Positions 30,323 to 41,500 of a stretch of 64,000 nucleotides of DNA are shown one piece after another. The notes below the pieces were generated by a model. The model saw only the letters and a program-made list of their open reading frames with translations, did no database searches and was not told the origin of the DNA. The position numbers were made by a program, and so were the translations under genes. The first letter of the stretch is position 1; every line of letters starts with the position of its first letter. The DNA lies in NCBI GenBank assembly GCA_943787795.1, contig CALSNU010000001.1, positions 992,001-1,056,000 on the forward strand, read 5' to 3'. The stretch is from an uncultured bacterium. GTDB lineage: Bacteria > Planctomycetota > UBA1135 > GCA-002686595.

Positions 30323-31624
30323 ATGGAGAGTCACTGGAAGCGAACGTACTGGGTGGTGTGGACCGCCAACCTGATCACCTCGATCGGGATGATGAGCTTC
30401 CTGCCGTTCTTCCCGAGCCTGCTCGAGGAGATGGGGGTCGAGGGCGAGGCCTCCGTCAGCCGCTGGGCGGGCCTCTGTTTCGCCGCCGCGCCGCTCTCGG
30501 CCACGGTCTCGGCGCCGCTCTGGGGGGCCATCGGAGACCGCTTCGGCCGCAAGGTCATGGTGTGCCGAGCGATGCTCGCCATCGCGGTCTTCGTCGGCGG
30601 GATGGGCTTCGTCAACACGCCCGCGCAGCTGCTCGCCATGCGCTTCGGACAGGGGCTGTTCTCAGGCTTCATTCCGCCGAGCATCACCCTGGTGAGCGTC
30701 GTCGCGCCGGAGGACCGGCAGGGGCGCGTCGCGGGGAACCTCTCCACGGCGCTGGCGGTGGGGGGCCTGTTCGGACCGCTGCTCGGCGGGTTCCTCGTCG
30801 CTCTGCTCGGCTCCTACCAGTCCGTCTTCTTCGTCGTGGGCTCGATGGCCTTCACGGGGGCCATCATCGTCTGGTTGGGGGCGGTCGAGGACACCTCCAA
30901 GCGGCAGGTGCGCGGGGACAGCGACGGAGCACGAGCCGGGGGGCGGGGGGTCATGCGATCCACCGCCAGTGACATCGGCGACGTGCTCAAGATCCGAGCC
31001 CTGCGCTCCGCCGTGCTCGTGGTCTTCGCGCTTCAGTTTGGCCTCGGCGCGGTGAACCCGACCCTCGAGATCTATGTCGAGGAGCTCTTCGCTGGCCGCG
31101 TCCTCGAGGGGACCTACTGGGAGGCGCTGACCTCGGCGGCGGGGACCGAGGGGCTCGGGCTCCATGACCGCGCCGTCGCCCTCGCCACCAGCGTATCCTT
31201 CGCGGTGATGGCGGTCGCCAACCTGCTGAGCCTATCCATGTGGGGCCGGTACGGCGATTCGATCGGGCACCGGCGCGCCCTGATCCACTGCGCGGTCCTC
31301 TCGGTCCTGGCGATCTCCATCCAGGCTGCCGCGCCGGTCTTCTCGCTGCTGCTCGTCGGCCGCTTCGTGATGGGGATTGGCATGGCCGGAATCGGGCCGC
31401 TGGCCTTCGGTCTGGCCGCGGGCGAGGCCAGCGTGGGTCGCCGGGGCGGCGCGTTCGGGGTGGTCTTCTCGGCCCGGACGCTCGCGGTGGCGACAGGGGG
31501 GATGATCGGGGGGGCCCTCTACCCGGTCCTGGGCGCCAGGGGGGTCATGGTGATGTCGGCGCTGCTCCTGGTCGCTACGCTGGGGACGTTCCGGTTTGCG
31601 CGGCGCGCTCCGGACGGGAACTGA
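30323..31624 (+). CDS. MFS transporter (DHA1/MdtG-like)
   Basis: About 12 TMs; motif A 'WGAIGDRFGRK'; 'RFGQGLFSG'; second 'WGRYGDSIGHR'. Confidence 0.93.
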   Translation: MESHWKRTYWVVWTANLITSIGMMSFLPFFPSLLEEMGVEGEASVSRWAGLCFAAAPLSATVSAPLWGAIGDRFGRKVMVCRAMLAIAVFVGGMGFVNTPAQLLAMRFGQGLFSGFIPPSITLVSVVAPEDRQGRVAGNLSTALAVGGLFGPLLGGFLVALLGSYQSVFFVVGSMAFTGAIIVWLGAVEDTSKRQVRGDSDGARAGGRGVMRSTASDIGDVLKIRALRSAVLVVFALQFGLGAVNPTLEIYVEELFAGRVLEGTYWEALTSAAGTEGLGLHDRAVALATSVSFAVMAVANLLSLSMWGRYGDSIGHRRALIHCAVLSVLAISIQAAAPVFSLLLVGRFVMGIGMAGIGPLAFGLAAGEASVGRRGGAFGVVFSARTLAVATGGMIGGALYPVLGARGVMVMSALLLVATLGTFRFARRAPDGN

Positions 31625-32355
31625 TGCAGCACCTCGACGAAACCCCGCACCGACTTCAGCGCGCCGAGGCCGTTCTTCAGCGCCGCACCTCTCGGCTCGT
31701 GCTCATCCTCGAGCGTCCGTGGAACGACGAGAACGTGCAGGCCGTGCTGCGGACCGCCGAGTCCTTCGGGATCCAGCACGTTTGGACGATCAAGCACCCT
31801 CACATGCGAGGCCGCGCGCAGCGCAAGGTGACCAAGGGCAGCCACCAGTGGCTCACCCGGCGCTTCTTCAGCGAGATCAGTGAGTGCGTCGCGGCGGCCC
31901 GCGAGGAGGGGCTTGAGCTGTGGGCCACGGATCTGGACGACGGCGCCCTGGAGCTCACGGGGCCCGAGGTGTTGCGCCCCTTTCCCGATCGGGTCGGCTT
32001 GATCATGGGGCGTGAGATGGCGGGGATCAGCGATGAGCTGCGCGCGGCGACGGCGCGGCAGATCTACCTGCCCATGCACGGCTTCACCGAGTCCTTCAAC
32101 CTGTCGGTCGCAGCGGCCCTCGTCCTCCAGCGCTGCTTCGACGCCGAGCCGGGGCTCGTCGGCGCCATGGGAGAGGCGGAGCGGAGCGAACTTCGGCTCA
32201 AGTGGTTCGCGCGGTTGGCCGGCAAGAACGACGCGAAGCGCGAGGCGTTCGTGAGGATGGCGGAGTCCGGGGTCGCGCCGCTCGAGACCACGCGCCCCGC
32301 GAGCGAGAGCCGGACGCCGCGCATCAAGAAGTCGATGAACGGCTACTTCGACTGA
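31624..32355 (+). CDS. SpoU/TrmH-family RNA methyltransferase
   Basis: 'NVQAVLRTAESFG', 'IMGREMAGIS', 'LPMHGFTESFNLSVAAA'. Confidence 0.92.
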   Translation: MQHLDETPHRLQRAEAVLQRRTSRLVLILERPWNDENVQAVLRTAESFGIQHVWTIKHPHMRGRAQRKVTKGSHQWLTRRFFSEISECVAAAREEGLELWATDLDDGALELTGPEVLRPFPDRVGLIMGREMAGISDELRAATARQIYLPMHGFTESFNLSVAAALVLQRCFDAEPGLVGAMGEAERSELRLKWFARLAGKNDAKREAFVRMAESGVAPLETTRPASESRTPRIKKSMNGYFD

Positions 32356-33215
32356 GCGCCGCCGAGCTCGGCGAGGACGCGGCGCGCGTTGTCGCGGTCC
32401 TGTCGGGCGCGCGGCCCCAGGTCCACGCCGCGGCGCTCGGCCATGAAGGTCGCGGCGCCGCGCATGGCGCGGTCCGTCGAGTCGCCCTGGTCCAGTCGGC
32501 CGGCGAGGTCCTGCCTCAGCGCCTTGAAGTACGCGAGCTCCTCGTCGATAGCGTGCAGCGCCGCTGCTCGACCCGTGATGAGGTCGTTGTGTGCAGGAAT
32601 CACCTGCTCCACGCTGTGATCCGTGACCAGCTCGCGCAGGCGTCGATTGGCGGCCTCGAAGGGAGCAGCCTCCCAGCGGCAGTAGGGGAGCCCGGGGGAG
32701 ACGAGGTAGTCCGCGGTCAGGAGCGCCTTGAGCGCGGGGACGTGGACGACGCTCGTGCAGTTGGAGTGGCCGGGGAGGAACTCGAGCTCGAGGTCGAGGG
32801 CGCCGACCCGCACGGTCAGGTGGTCATCGAAGGCGCGGTCCACGGCGGGGTACTGGAAGCCCGCGTCCTCCACGCCGAGCCGCTCATCCACCTTGGCCTT
32901 GCCCGCGAGGATGCGCTCCCGGGGGCCGGCCTCCTTGTTCGCGACGGCGCTGGGCGCGATCACCTCCGCGCCCTCGAAGGCCTGCCAGCCTCGAATGTGG
33001 TCGTGGTGGCTGTGGGTGAGCACGACCTTGGTCACGCGGCGCCCGCCGGACTCCAGCGCGCGGCGGAACGCGAGGACCTCCTCGGGGGTGATGCCGGGGT
33101 CAACGGCGCACGCCTCGTCCCCCGAGACGACGCCGATGGAGTTGTAGCCCCAGAGCCCGCAGCGCTGGACCACGAGGCCCTCAGCGCCGGGGGGCGTGTC
33201 CACGAGGAGCGTCAT
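32343..33215 (-). CDS. MBL-fold metallo-hydrolase
   Basis: 'VDPG', 'THSHHDHIRG' (HxHxDH), 'PGHS', 'TADYL', 'IPAH'. Confidence 0.92.
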   Translation of the reverse strand: MTLLVDTPPGAEGLVVQRCGLWGYNSIGVVSGDEACAVDPGITPEEVLAFRRALESGGRRVTKVVLTHSHHDHIRGWQAFEGAEVIAPSAVANKEAGPRERILAGKAKVDERLGVEDAGFQYPAVDRAFDDHLTVRVGALDLELEFLPGHSNCTSVVHVPALKALLTADYLVSPGLPYCRWEAAPFEAANRRLRELVTDHSVEQVIPAHNDLITGRAAALHAIDEELAYFKALRQDLAGRLDQGDSTDRAMRGAATFMAERRGVDLGPRARQDRDNARRVLAELGGAQSK

Positions 33216-34261
33216 ACGTTGAAGATGTCCTCACCGTCGTCGGCCTCGTCGTCGTCATCGGGGAGCACCCAGGCCTCTCGCACGGCGTCGAGGACGTGCC
33301 GCTTGATCTCGAGGGGGTCGAGCCGGCTCCAGCCCAGGGCCTTGCCCGCGTGCTCCGCATAGAGGGGGAGGTGCTCGCTGCCGAACCAGAGCTCGGGGGT
33401 GGCTCCGGCCTGGGGTTGGTGCCGCCAGCGCTGCCCATCCCCTCGCGCGCCCTCCTGTTCGTTGAGCAGGCGGGTGAGCGCAGCGAGGTCCGGGCGCGCC
33501 GAGGCGGGCCTCGAGACCACATCAAAGAAGGAGCGGGTCCCCAGGACCAGCCGGGCCGAGGTCCCCTCGGAGCCCGTGCCCAACAGCAGGGCCCGATCGT
33601 GACGCCCCGAGCCGAGGAAGGCGTGACGGCCGGGGTCGAAGGGGGGGGCGCCGGCGCCGTTGAGGGTTGCGCTCCAGACGCCGAGGTCCATGTAGACCAG
33701 GTCGTCATGGAGGGCCGCGCCGAGCGCGGCGCGATCGAGGTGGAGCCGTTCAAGGGCGGAGCGCCAGCGTTTGGGCTCGGCCTCCTCGTCGGCCAGCATC
33801 GTCGCGAGCAGGTCGAGGGCGGCCTCAAGCAGGCCGTCACGGTCCCCGGTCCACCGTCGGCCGAGGTCCTGCAGCGCCATATCCACCGCGAAGGCCGGGT
33901 CCGAGCGCACCTCGAAGAAGTCTCCGCACGCCGCGATCTCGTGCAGCCGCTTGCGGTGGGGAGCGGCGATCTCCGGCCGGGCGAGGGCCAGCAAGGCGCA
34001 GACGCCGTCGGTGTCGTAGTGATTCAGGACCAGGGCCTCGCAGCCCCCAAGGAGCTCCGCGCGGCGAGGCTCGTCGAGGTCGAGGAAGGCGAACGCGATC
34101 TCGGTGGAGAGGTCGCGGCGCAGGTCACGGGGCGTTCGGTTCCCCGGCCAGTGGGCCAGGTGGAGGCCGCCGGCGGGCGCGGCTCCGAAGGAGCCGTCGA
34201 CCATGACCACGGGGCGGTCGCCGACCTTCGAGGGGCCGGCGACGTAGCGGATCGGGAGCAT
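33212..34261 (-). CDS. Conserved hypothetical protein (DUF6687-like, DHH-phosphoesterase-like motifs)
   Basis: 'MVDG', 'LAHWPGNRTP', 'DLSTE', 'NHYDTDG', 'GDF'. 4-bp overlap with the MBL gene. Confidence 0.65.
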   Translation of the reverse strand: MLPIRYVAGPSKVGDRPVVMVDGSFGAAPAGGLHLAHWPGNRTPRDLRRDLSTEIAFAFLDLDEPRRAELLGGCEALVLNHYDTDGVCALLALARPEIAAPHRKRLHEIAACGDFFEVRSDPAFAVDMALQDLGRRWTGDRDGLLEAALDLLATMLADEEAEPKRWRSALERLHLDRAALGAALHDDLVYMDLGVWSATLNGAGAPPFDPGRHAFLGSGRHDRALLLGTGSEGTSARLVLGTRSFFDVVSRPASARPDLAALTRLLNEQEGARGDGQRWRHQPQAGATPELWFGSEHLPLYAEHAGKALGWSRLDPLEIKRHVLDAVREAWVLPDDDDEADDGEDIFNV

Positions 34262-34272
34262 CGGGTTCTCGC

Positions 34273-35964
34273 TCAGGGGCGGCCGTCGCCGCCGTCCTCT
34301 CCGCCCTGCTTCTCCTTCTGGCGCTCCAGCGCGCGCTTGAGGAGCTTGCGGTTGTTCCGCGCATCGCGGAGGGCAATCTTCACGATCTCCTCTTCACCCT
34401 CGGCGAACTCGCCCTTCGCCTGCATCTCAAGGGCCAGCTCCTCGGCCTCGTCGTACATGGCGATGGCCAACTCGGGGCTGCGCTGGAGGCCGTAGTGAAG
34501 GATCACCGCGCCATCGTTGAGGTACTGCGGCTTACGGTCGAGTTCGAGGGCCTTCTGGTAGGCCTCCCATGCTCGCTCGTAGTACTCCATGGGGGTCGTC
34601 TTGGGGTCCTTCGCCTTGGAGCGCCGGACGAAGTCGCCGGCGTCGCGGCTCATGAGCCCGACGTCGTTCCAGAGCAGCGGGTCGCTCCGGTCGGCGACCA
34701 GCCGGACCTCGGCGAGATCGGCGGAGGCGACGAACTTCTGAGAGTCCCAGAGGCGGAAGAGCAGGCGGCCGGGGTAGGCCTTGTTCTGGGGGCTTGAGTT
34801 CACCATCTGAGCGAAGCTCACGGCGTCGGCGTCCGCGTAGCGACGGAACGCACGCCCGGCTTCGATGTCGAACTCCTTGCCGCGGAAGTACTGCGACAGC
34901 CCGATGTACCAGTGGGCATTGGAGTAGGCCGGGAACTTGGAGACGGCACGCTCGAACGAGGCGATGGCCGGCTCGTAGCGCCCCAGGGAATACTGTCCGT
35001 ACCCCAGCCACCAGAGGAGGCCCGCGTCCGAACTGAGGTTCTTACCCCAGCGCTTCTCGAACGCCGCGGCGCCCGCCTTGAGCGCGTCCACGAAGGGTGC
35101 CGCCGTCCCGTCCTTGTCCGCGAGGCTGCTGAAGAGCTGGCCGAAGTCCACCTGGGTGGGGTCCCAGCCCATGGCGGTCGAGTAGGCGGTCGCCGCTTCG
35201 TCCTTCTTCTCGAGGAACAGCAGGCCCACACCCCACTGCAGGTACACGTCGGCCTGCTGCTGAGCGGTCTCCTTCTTGTTCCCCAGGGCCTTCGCCGCCT
35301 CCTGTGCGTCGCGCACTCCCTGCTCGATCGCGCGGGCGCCTGCGGCGCGCGTGGTCTCGTCGCCCATCAGGGCGGCCCCGCGCGCGATGCGGATCTTCGC
35401 TGCGAGGGCTAGGGTGGCTCCGTCGCGGGAAACCTCGAGCGCACGGTCGATGGCCGAGGAGGCGGTCTCCGTGTCTCCCATCCACCGCGAGGAGGCGGCG
35501 AGGGGGAGCCACGCGTCGGGGTAGGCGTCGCCGCCCTTCTCCATGACCTCCTTCAGGTACGCGGCGGCTTCCTGATAGGCGCCGCCCGCCTGGGGGCTGC
35601 TCTGGAGCTCAAGGCGCCGACCGAACTCGTAGCGGGCGATGCCGATGAGGTACTGGACGTCGACCCCGCCGCGCCCCTCGGACTCCAGCTCGATGACCCG
35701 GTCGAACGCCGCGTCGAGCTCACCCTTCGCGATCCGCGCCCGCAGGACCCACACCTCGGTGTCCACATCACCGCCGTTCCTGTCGTTGGCCTCGCGGAAC
35801 GTGGCCAGGGCGGCCTCGACGTTGCCAGCAAGGAGCTCGGCCTTGCCGCGCCGGAGCAGGTCCGCCACGTCATCGACCACGAGGGCAGGTGCCGCCGCAA
35901 GCGGGGGCAGGGGGGCCGTCACGAGGGGGGCGCAGGTGGCCAGGAGGGTGAGTTGAAGCAGCAT
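34273..35964 (-). CDS. Secreted TPR protein
   Basis: Signal-like MLLQLTLLATCAPL; TPRs such as 'WWLGYGQYSLGRYEPAIASFERAV'. Confidence 0.85.
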   Translation of the reverse strand: MLLQLTLLATCAPLVTAPLPPLAAAPALVVDDVADLLRRGKAELLAGNVEAALATFREANDRNGGDVDTEVWVLRARIAKGELDAAFDRVIELESEGRGGVDVQYLIGIARYEFGRRLELQSSPQAGGAYQEAAAYLKEVMEKGGDAYPDAWLPLAASSRWMGDTETASSAIDRALEVSRDGATLALAAKIRIARGAALMGDETTRAAGARAIEQGVRDAQEAAKALGNKKETAQQQADVYLQWGVGLLFLEKKDEAATAYSTAMGWDPTQVDFGQLFSSLADKDGTAAPFVDALKAGAAAFEKRWGKNLSSDAGLLWWLGYGQYSLGRYEPAIASFERAVSKFPAYSNAHWYIGLSQYFRGKEFDIEAGRAFRRYADADAVSFAQMVNSSPQNKAYPGRLLFRLWDSQKFVASADLAEVRLVADRSDPLLWNDVGLMSRDAGDFVRRSKAKDPKTTPMEYYERAWEAYQKALELDRKPQYLNDGAVILHYGLQRSPELAIAMYDEAEELALEMQAKGEFAEGEEEIVKIALRDARNNRKLLKRALERQKEKQGGEDGGDGRP

Positions 35965-36047
35965 GTCGCCGAAGGCTTGGAAGAGGACGTGGACGGGGCG
36001 CCGTGGGGCGCCCCCGGAATGATGGCCAACTCGGCCCGAAAATGCTC

Positions 36048-38141
36048 TCAGGGTCTGTGGGCCCAAATGGTTCTGGCCTCGATTTCGTCGAGGGAGGCCG
36101 GGCGGACGCCGGTCTCGATCCACTCATCCAATCTTGGAAGGACCTCGGTCCGCAGCCACTCACGGGACGGGGGCCCGATCTCCAGGGCCTTCACGAACCA
36201 GTCGCGGGCCGGCGCCGGGTTGTCCCGGAGCGTCATCTCGAGGATGCCCATGTTCTGATGCGCGTCGCCCCAGGCCTCGTTGAGGTCGAAGCGCTCCCGA
36301 TCGCCCATCGCATCCTGGATCTGGACCGTGCCGTCGGCCACCGCGTCCAGCAGGTAGCGCTCCGCGGCTTCGGCGTCGGTCCGCAGGTAGTAGGTCATGA
36401 TCAGGCCCGTGTCGTTCACCACCCGGACGTCGTTGGGGGTCATGGCTGCCGCGATGCAGTACGCGGCCCAGCTGCGCTCGATGAGCTCCTGGGCGCGGGC
36501 CCTGCTGGCCGCGGCGGCGGCGCGCTCGTCGTCGGACTCTGCGCGGGCGAAGCGCGCGGTCGCGTCCATCTCGCGGAGCACCGCGGCGTCGCGGTTCACG
36601 AAGCCCACGTTGTTCGCGAGGTTGGGGTTCTCCGGTCGGGCGGAGAACATGCGGTCGGCGAGGCGCGCCCCGCGCTCGAGCCCCTCGAGGCTGGTCGGAT
36701 CGGACGTCGCCCGCCGAACGAGGAAGTCGAGACCCGCGAGCGCCGAGGGCAGGCGCTTCGAGCCGTCCGCGCCCGAGAGGAACAGGTCCAGGCCGGCTGC
36801 CTGCCCGCGGCGGGAGGCCTCTGAGCCCAGGGGGCGGAGGTCCTCGGCGGAGAAGAACAACGCCTCGGCGTCCTTGTCCTCCTCCAAACGGTAGAGGCAC
36901 CAGCCGAGCGCCGTTCGGCTGAGGATCTCGTAGTTGATGCAGGCGTCCGTGAAGCCGGGTTCGCGGTCTCGACAGGCCTCGAACAGGCGCTCTGCATCGC
37001 GGAACCCTGCGGCGCCAGCGCCTCTCTCGTCCGCCGAGGTTTCGAATTGGTTGAGCGCCAGATAGAAGGTCTCGAACCCGCTATACCAGAAGCCCAGCGC
37101 GTTCTCGGGGTGGCGCTCCCGGAACGTGGCGTAAGCCCCCAGGATCGCCTCGAAGCGGGCCTGGAGCGCCGCCTCGGCGTCCGCTCCAGCGGCCGTGGCC
37201 TGGGCCTGGGTGAGGTCGCCTAGCTGGCGCACGAAGGCCGTATGGATGCGCTCGTTCTCGGGCAGGATCGCGAGCGCGGTCCGCAGGGTCTGGAGGGCCT
37301 CGGGTCCGCGCTGCTCCCACAGGAACAGGTTCGAGAGCTGCTCGTAACCCCAGGGGTCGGTGGGGGACTCGCCGATGGAGCGCTCGATGGCCCGTCGGGT
37401 CTCGCCGAATAGGCTCGTTCGGAGCTGCAGTGAGCCGGGCGCACCGTCGGAGGCCTGGCGGTGCTCGACGTAGCGGCTGAAGGCGGCCTCGCCCCACGTG
37501 CGAGCGAACGGCTGATCCACGTCCAGCTGTGAGGAGCGTCCGGGGACGGCGTCGATCCAGTTGACCGCCGCCCGCGCGTCGTCGAGGGCCTGCTGGTTCA
37601 GGTTCAGCATCCGGGCAGCGCGACTGGCGCGGAGGGCTGCGCTGACGCCTGCTCCCTGTTCGGCGGCGAGCTCGAAGGTCTCGAGGGCCTCCTCGAAGAG
37701 CGAAGCGTAGCGGGGCGAGGCGCTCGCCGCGGCGAAGGCTGCCCGCCCACGGACCATGAGCATGGCAGCCTTGCGCTCCCGGCCGACGAGGTCGAGCTCG
37801 AGAGCCTCGTCGATGGCGTCCAGCGCGGCGAGGCCCTCACCAGCCTCCAGTCGCTGTCGTGCGGTCCGCTCCCTGTCATCGACGAAGAGCGCGTTGACGA
37901 GGCGACGGGCGGTGGACATGTCTCCGCGGCCGAGCGCCTCCATGGCCTCCTCAAGCCTGGGGTCCTGCTCGCCCCGGATCTCCTGGCCGGGGGAGGGGGT
38001 CGCCGGAGGGAGTGCCGGAGGGAGTACCGGAGGGAGCGCCGGAGGGAGCGCCGGGGCGGCGGTGGCCTCGTGCGCGGCGTGGAAGCCACACAGCGCGAGC
38101 AGCGCTGCAGCGAGGATGGGGGACGAATTGGGCGAGGTCAT
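36048..38141 (-). CDS. Secreted TPR protein
   Basis: Start MTSPNSSPILAAALLALCG; Pro-rich linker from a 4 x 12-bp repeat (38002-38049); TPR-like helices. Confidence 0.82.
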   Translation of the reverse strand: MTSPNSSPILAAALLALCGFHAAHEATAAPALPPALPPVLPPALPPATPSPGQEIRGEQDPRLEEAMEALGRGDMSTARRLVNALFVDDRERTARQRLEAGEGLAALDAIDEALELDLVGRERKAAMLMVRGRAAFAAASASPRYASLFEEALETFELAAEQGAGVSAALRASRAARMLNLNQQALDDARAAVNWIDAVPGRSSQLDVDQPFARTWGEAAFSRYVEHRQASDGAPGSLQLRTSLFGETRRAIERSIGESPTDPWGYEQLSNLFLWEQRGPEALQTLRTALAILPENERIHTAFVRQLGDLTQAQATAAGADAEAALQARFEAILGAYATFRERHPENALGFWYSGFETFYLALNQFETSADERGAGAAGFRDAERLFEACRDREPGFTDACINYEILSRTALGWCLYRLEEDKDAEALFFSAEDLRPLGSEASRRGQAAGLDLFLSGADGSKRLPSALAGLDFLVRRATSDPTSLEGLERGARLADRMFSARPENPNLANNVGFVNRDAAVLREMDATARFARAESDDERAAAAASRARAQELIERSWAAYCIAAAMTPNDVRVVNDTGLIMTYYLRTDAEAAERYLLDAVADGTVQIQDAMGDRERFDLNEAWGDAHQNMGILEMTLRDNPAPARDWFVKALEIGPPSREWLRTEVLPRLDEWIETGVRPASLDEIEARTIWAHRP

Positions 38142-38564
38142 GGGGGCTGGCGAGGTGGCGCGAGCGGGTCGGCGCGGCCGGGGGCGCGGTGAAGCGGGAG
38201 GGGCAGTGAAGCGTGAGGGACAGTGAAGCAGAAGGGGCGGGACGCGGGGAAGCTGGGCGGGGAGCCCCCCGGCAGGGGGCTCCCCGCGCGACCCTCGCCC
38301 ACGCGGCGCCCTGGGCTCCGGGGAGCCTGGCTCGTGGGAGAAGCCCTCGGTCGGTGTCTTGTAGCCCGGGGAGAGCTGAGAGTCACCTGGGTCCAGGGGC
38401 TCTGGCCCCGCTAGACTAAGAACCGCCAGCGGCAGGGGCGCCCCGCCCCGCTGGTTCAAGGTCCGCAATGCCCGGGAAGAACCCCCGGGCCCGGGCGTCC
38501 CACCAGGGCCGCGCGGAGCCCAACCCGCGGCGCCACGGCCCCCTCACCCCGCCCCTCGACCTCG

Positions 38565-41500
38565 ATGCTCGATCGCCGACCGCTCCCCGGAGCCCTCCTC
38601 CTCGCTGCCCTTGGCCTCGGCCTCGTCTCGAGCTGTGACAATCCCACCTGCGTGTTCGTCGACGGCTGCACGGGCTCGAACAGCGGGAACGGCCCTGGGG
38701 GCCTCGGGAACAGCGGAGCGACGTTCCCCGAGGACGGGGCCTTCATGTCGGCGGGAGCGCCGACTCTCGTGGCTGCGGCTCCCCAGATCCAGGACCTCCA
38801 TCCGCGGAGCCCGGTGTTCCTCGAGTTCTCCGAGAGCCTCAGTCCCGATGGCCTCAGCGAGGCCTTCCGGGTCCTCGATGTGGTCTTCCAGCAGGAGGTC
38901 CCGCTTGCACCCGCGGGCCTGGTCGGCAACGGGCGCGTGGTCGCCCTGACCCCCGCCGCTGGGTACCTGCCGGATCGCCAGTACCAGCTTCTCTACAACT
39001 CGGAGGCCAAGATCACTGACCTGAACGGCGAGCGGCTGGTCGTGAACGCCAACGAGGTGCTGCTCGACTTCGCGGTCGTGGACGCGGCGCTCATCCCGGA
39101 GCCGCGCCTGCTGTACTCCTTCCCGCCGGACCTCACGACGCTCCAGGGAGACGCCAGCGAGATCGTGATCGGCTTTGACCGGCGGATGGAGACCTCGACC
39201 TTCAGCGAGGACACCTTCGACGTGCTCATCGATGGGCTCCCCCCCGCCTTTGATCCCGCCCCGGAGGCGCTCCCCCTTGGGGCCTCGGGCCTCGGCTTCG
39301 GAGTGACTCAGGTCTGGCAGTGGATTTCGAAGGACGCGGACGGTCGCGTGGTTCCGCTGGGCGCGGATGTCCGCGTCCAGGTCAAGCTGGCCCAGGGGGC
39401 CGAGGAGCTCACCTCCGAGGAGGGGGATCCGCTCCCGCCCTCCGAGACCGAGTTTCAGACGCTCGGCCTGAGCCTCGCGGCCGACGTGCAGAAGGTGGCC
39501 GGTGCGGGGAGCCCGGATACCTTCAGCGCCGCGGACGTGTTCGGTGGCACGCCGATCGTTGAGGTGTCCCTGAGCCAGCCCGCGCCGAGCGGCGTGACGG
39601 CCGAGGCCTTCCTCTTCGGCACAAGCCCTGACAACGCGGAGCTGCTCAAGGCGACCGCGGTGTCGCTGGACTTCCCGGAGGGCACGTCGGCGCTGACCTT
39701 GACCGCGAGCCAGCTGGGCATGGTCGACAGCCTGGGCGACGCCGAGTTCGCGGACGGTGACTTCGAGTGCGCCGTTCAGCTGCGCCGCTTCGGCTCACCG
39801 ACCGGTGCGCGCTTGTTCGATGCGGACCCGAGCACCGACGTCGCGGACCGGCCCTACTTCGACACTGTGGCGCCCATCCTTCTGGGCCTCGGCGCCGCCG
39901 GTGCGGACGTCTCCAGCTTCCTCGGCGATCTGAGAGACCTCGCCATTGTGGGCAGAGCCAGCGAGCCGGTGGCGTTTGCCTTCGTGGACTCAGGGGGCAG
40001 CGGGACCAACGGCGGGAGCCTGGCGGACCCGCCCCAGACGGCCTTCTCGGGGCCTGTGGACGCCTCGGGAGAGGCGCTGTTCATCACCTCGGCGGTGCCG
40101 CTCGGCGCGGTCAACCCGAGCAGCGGAGGCGTGAACTACGACCTCTCCATCTTCGATCGCGCGGGCAACTCCACGACCGTCGCGGCCTCGGGGACGTTCT
40201 TCCAGCGAGGCGTCATCGGACCCGGCGCGGACCCCACCGGGGGCAGCGTCCAGGTGCGCGTCTACGATCGACGGTCCCTGCGGGGCGTGAACGACATCAC
40301 CGTCTACAGTCACGCCGAGAACGGCGGGGCGGTGAGCTTTGTGGACTCGGACACGACGAGCATCATCGGCCTCGCCGTGGTGAACGGGGCACCGGCGGGC
40401 AACACTGTCATCACAGTCGACGCGCCGGGCTATGACCTGTTCACCTTCCACGGGATCCCGCGCACCTCGCTCGAGGTCCTCCTCGACGTTTCCAGCGAGC
40501 CGGCGGCCGCGGTGCAAGGACAGGTGACCAGCGTCTTCCCGACCGGCAACTTCTCGGGGGCGACCACCAAGGTGGCGGACACCCGCGCGCCACGACTGCT
40601 CCGGCTCAGCGACGTCTCGCTCTGCTCGCCGAACTCCAACGCGACCCTCTTTGAGTGCAACTATGGGCCGGTGCTCATCGAGGGCTCGGAGCTGGGAGCG
40701 ATCTCGTTCCTCGCGACGCAGGACGATCTCCCGCAGCTCTCGTTCAACCCGATCACCTACCTCCGGGGCTACGGCCTGAACGCGCCGCAGCTGCCCGTCG
40801 TCGCCGGGGAGACCGCCCTCGACGTGAACATCGACGCGGGGGATCAGCTCGCCTTCTCTGCGCCGGGGCTGCAGCCCTTCGCGCTGGCTCCCCACGTGCT
40901 GGACGTCTCGGGCCTTGTCAACCTGGGCGCGCCTTCGGAAGCACCGAGCATCACCGCGGAGGCTGTGGCCACCGGGCTCGCCGGCCCGCTGGTCGTCGGC
41001 CGAGCCAACCCCTACCCCCTGGGCGGGGGAGGGACCACGTGGACAGCTCTGGGGGCGGCGACGGGGCTCGCCAACGCCGGAGGGGAGCTGGTTGCGCGAG
41101 GCTCCATTGAGGGGGACCTGCTGCTGCGTGCGGCGGTGAAGGACGTGGCCGGGAATGAGGTGTCGGCGCGCCCGCGGCTCTCTACCAGCGGCAACCAGCT
41201 GTCGCCCATTGACGTGCCGAGGCTGCTCTCACCGAGCCCCGGAGGCAACGCCGGGCCCGCCGCGTTCAACCTCATCATCGAGGACACCCTGCCCGACAGC
41301 GCCGGCGGGGACGGGATCGCCGAGGTCCAGCTCACCTCCAGTACCGGGCGCAAGTGGCGGCTCTGGACGCTCGACTCGTCGGACGCGAGCGGCGACCTGC
41401 TCCTTTCCGCCCCGGATATCGCCGCCGAGGGGGGGACGAGCCTCGCGCCCGGGATCCTGTCTGCGGAGGTCACTCTCTGGGGCTGGAACTTCAATCGGGA

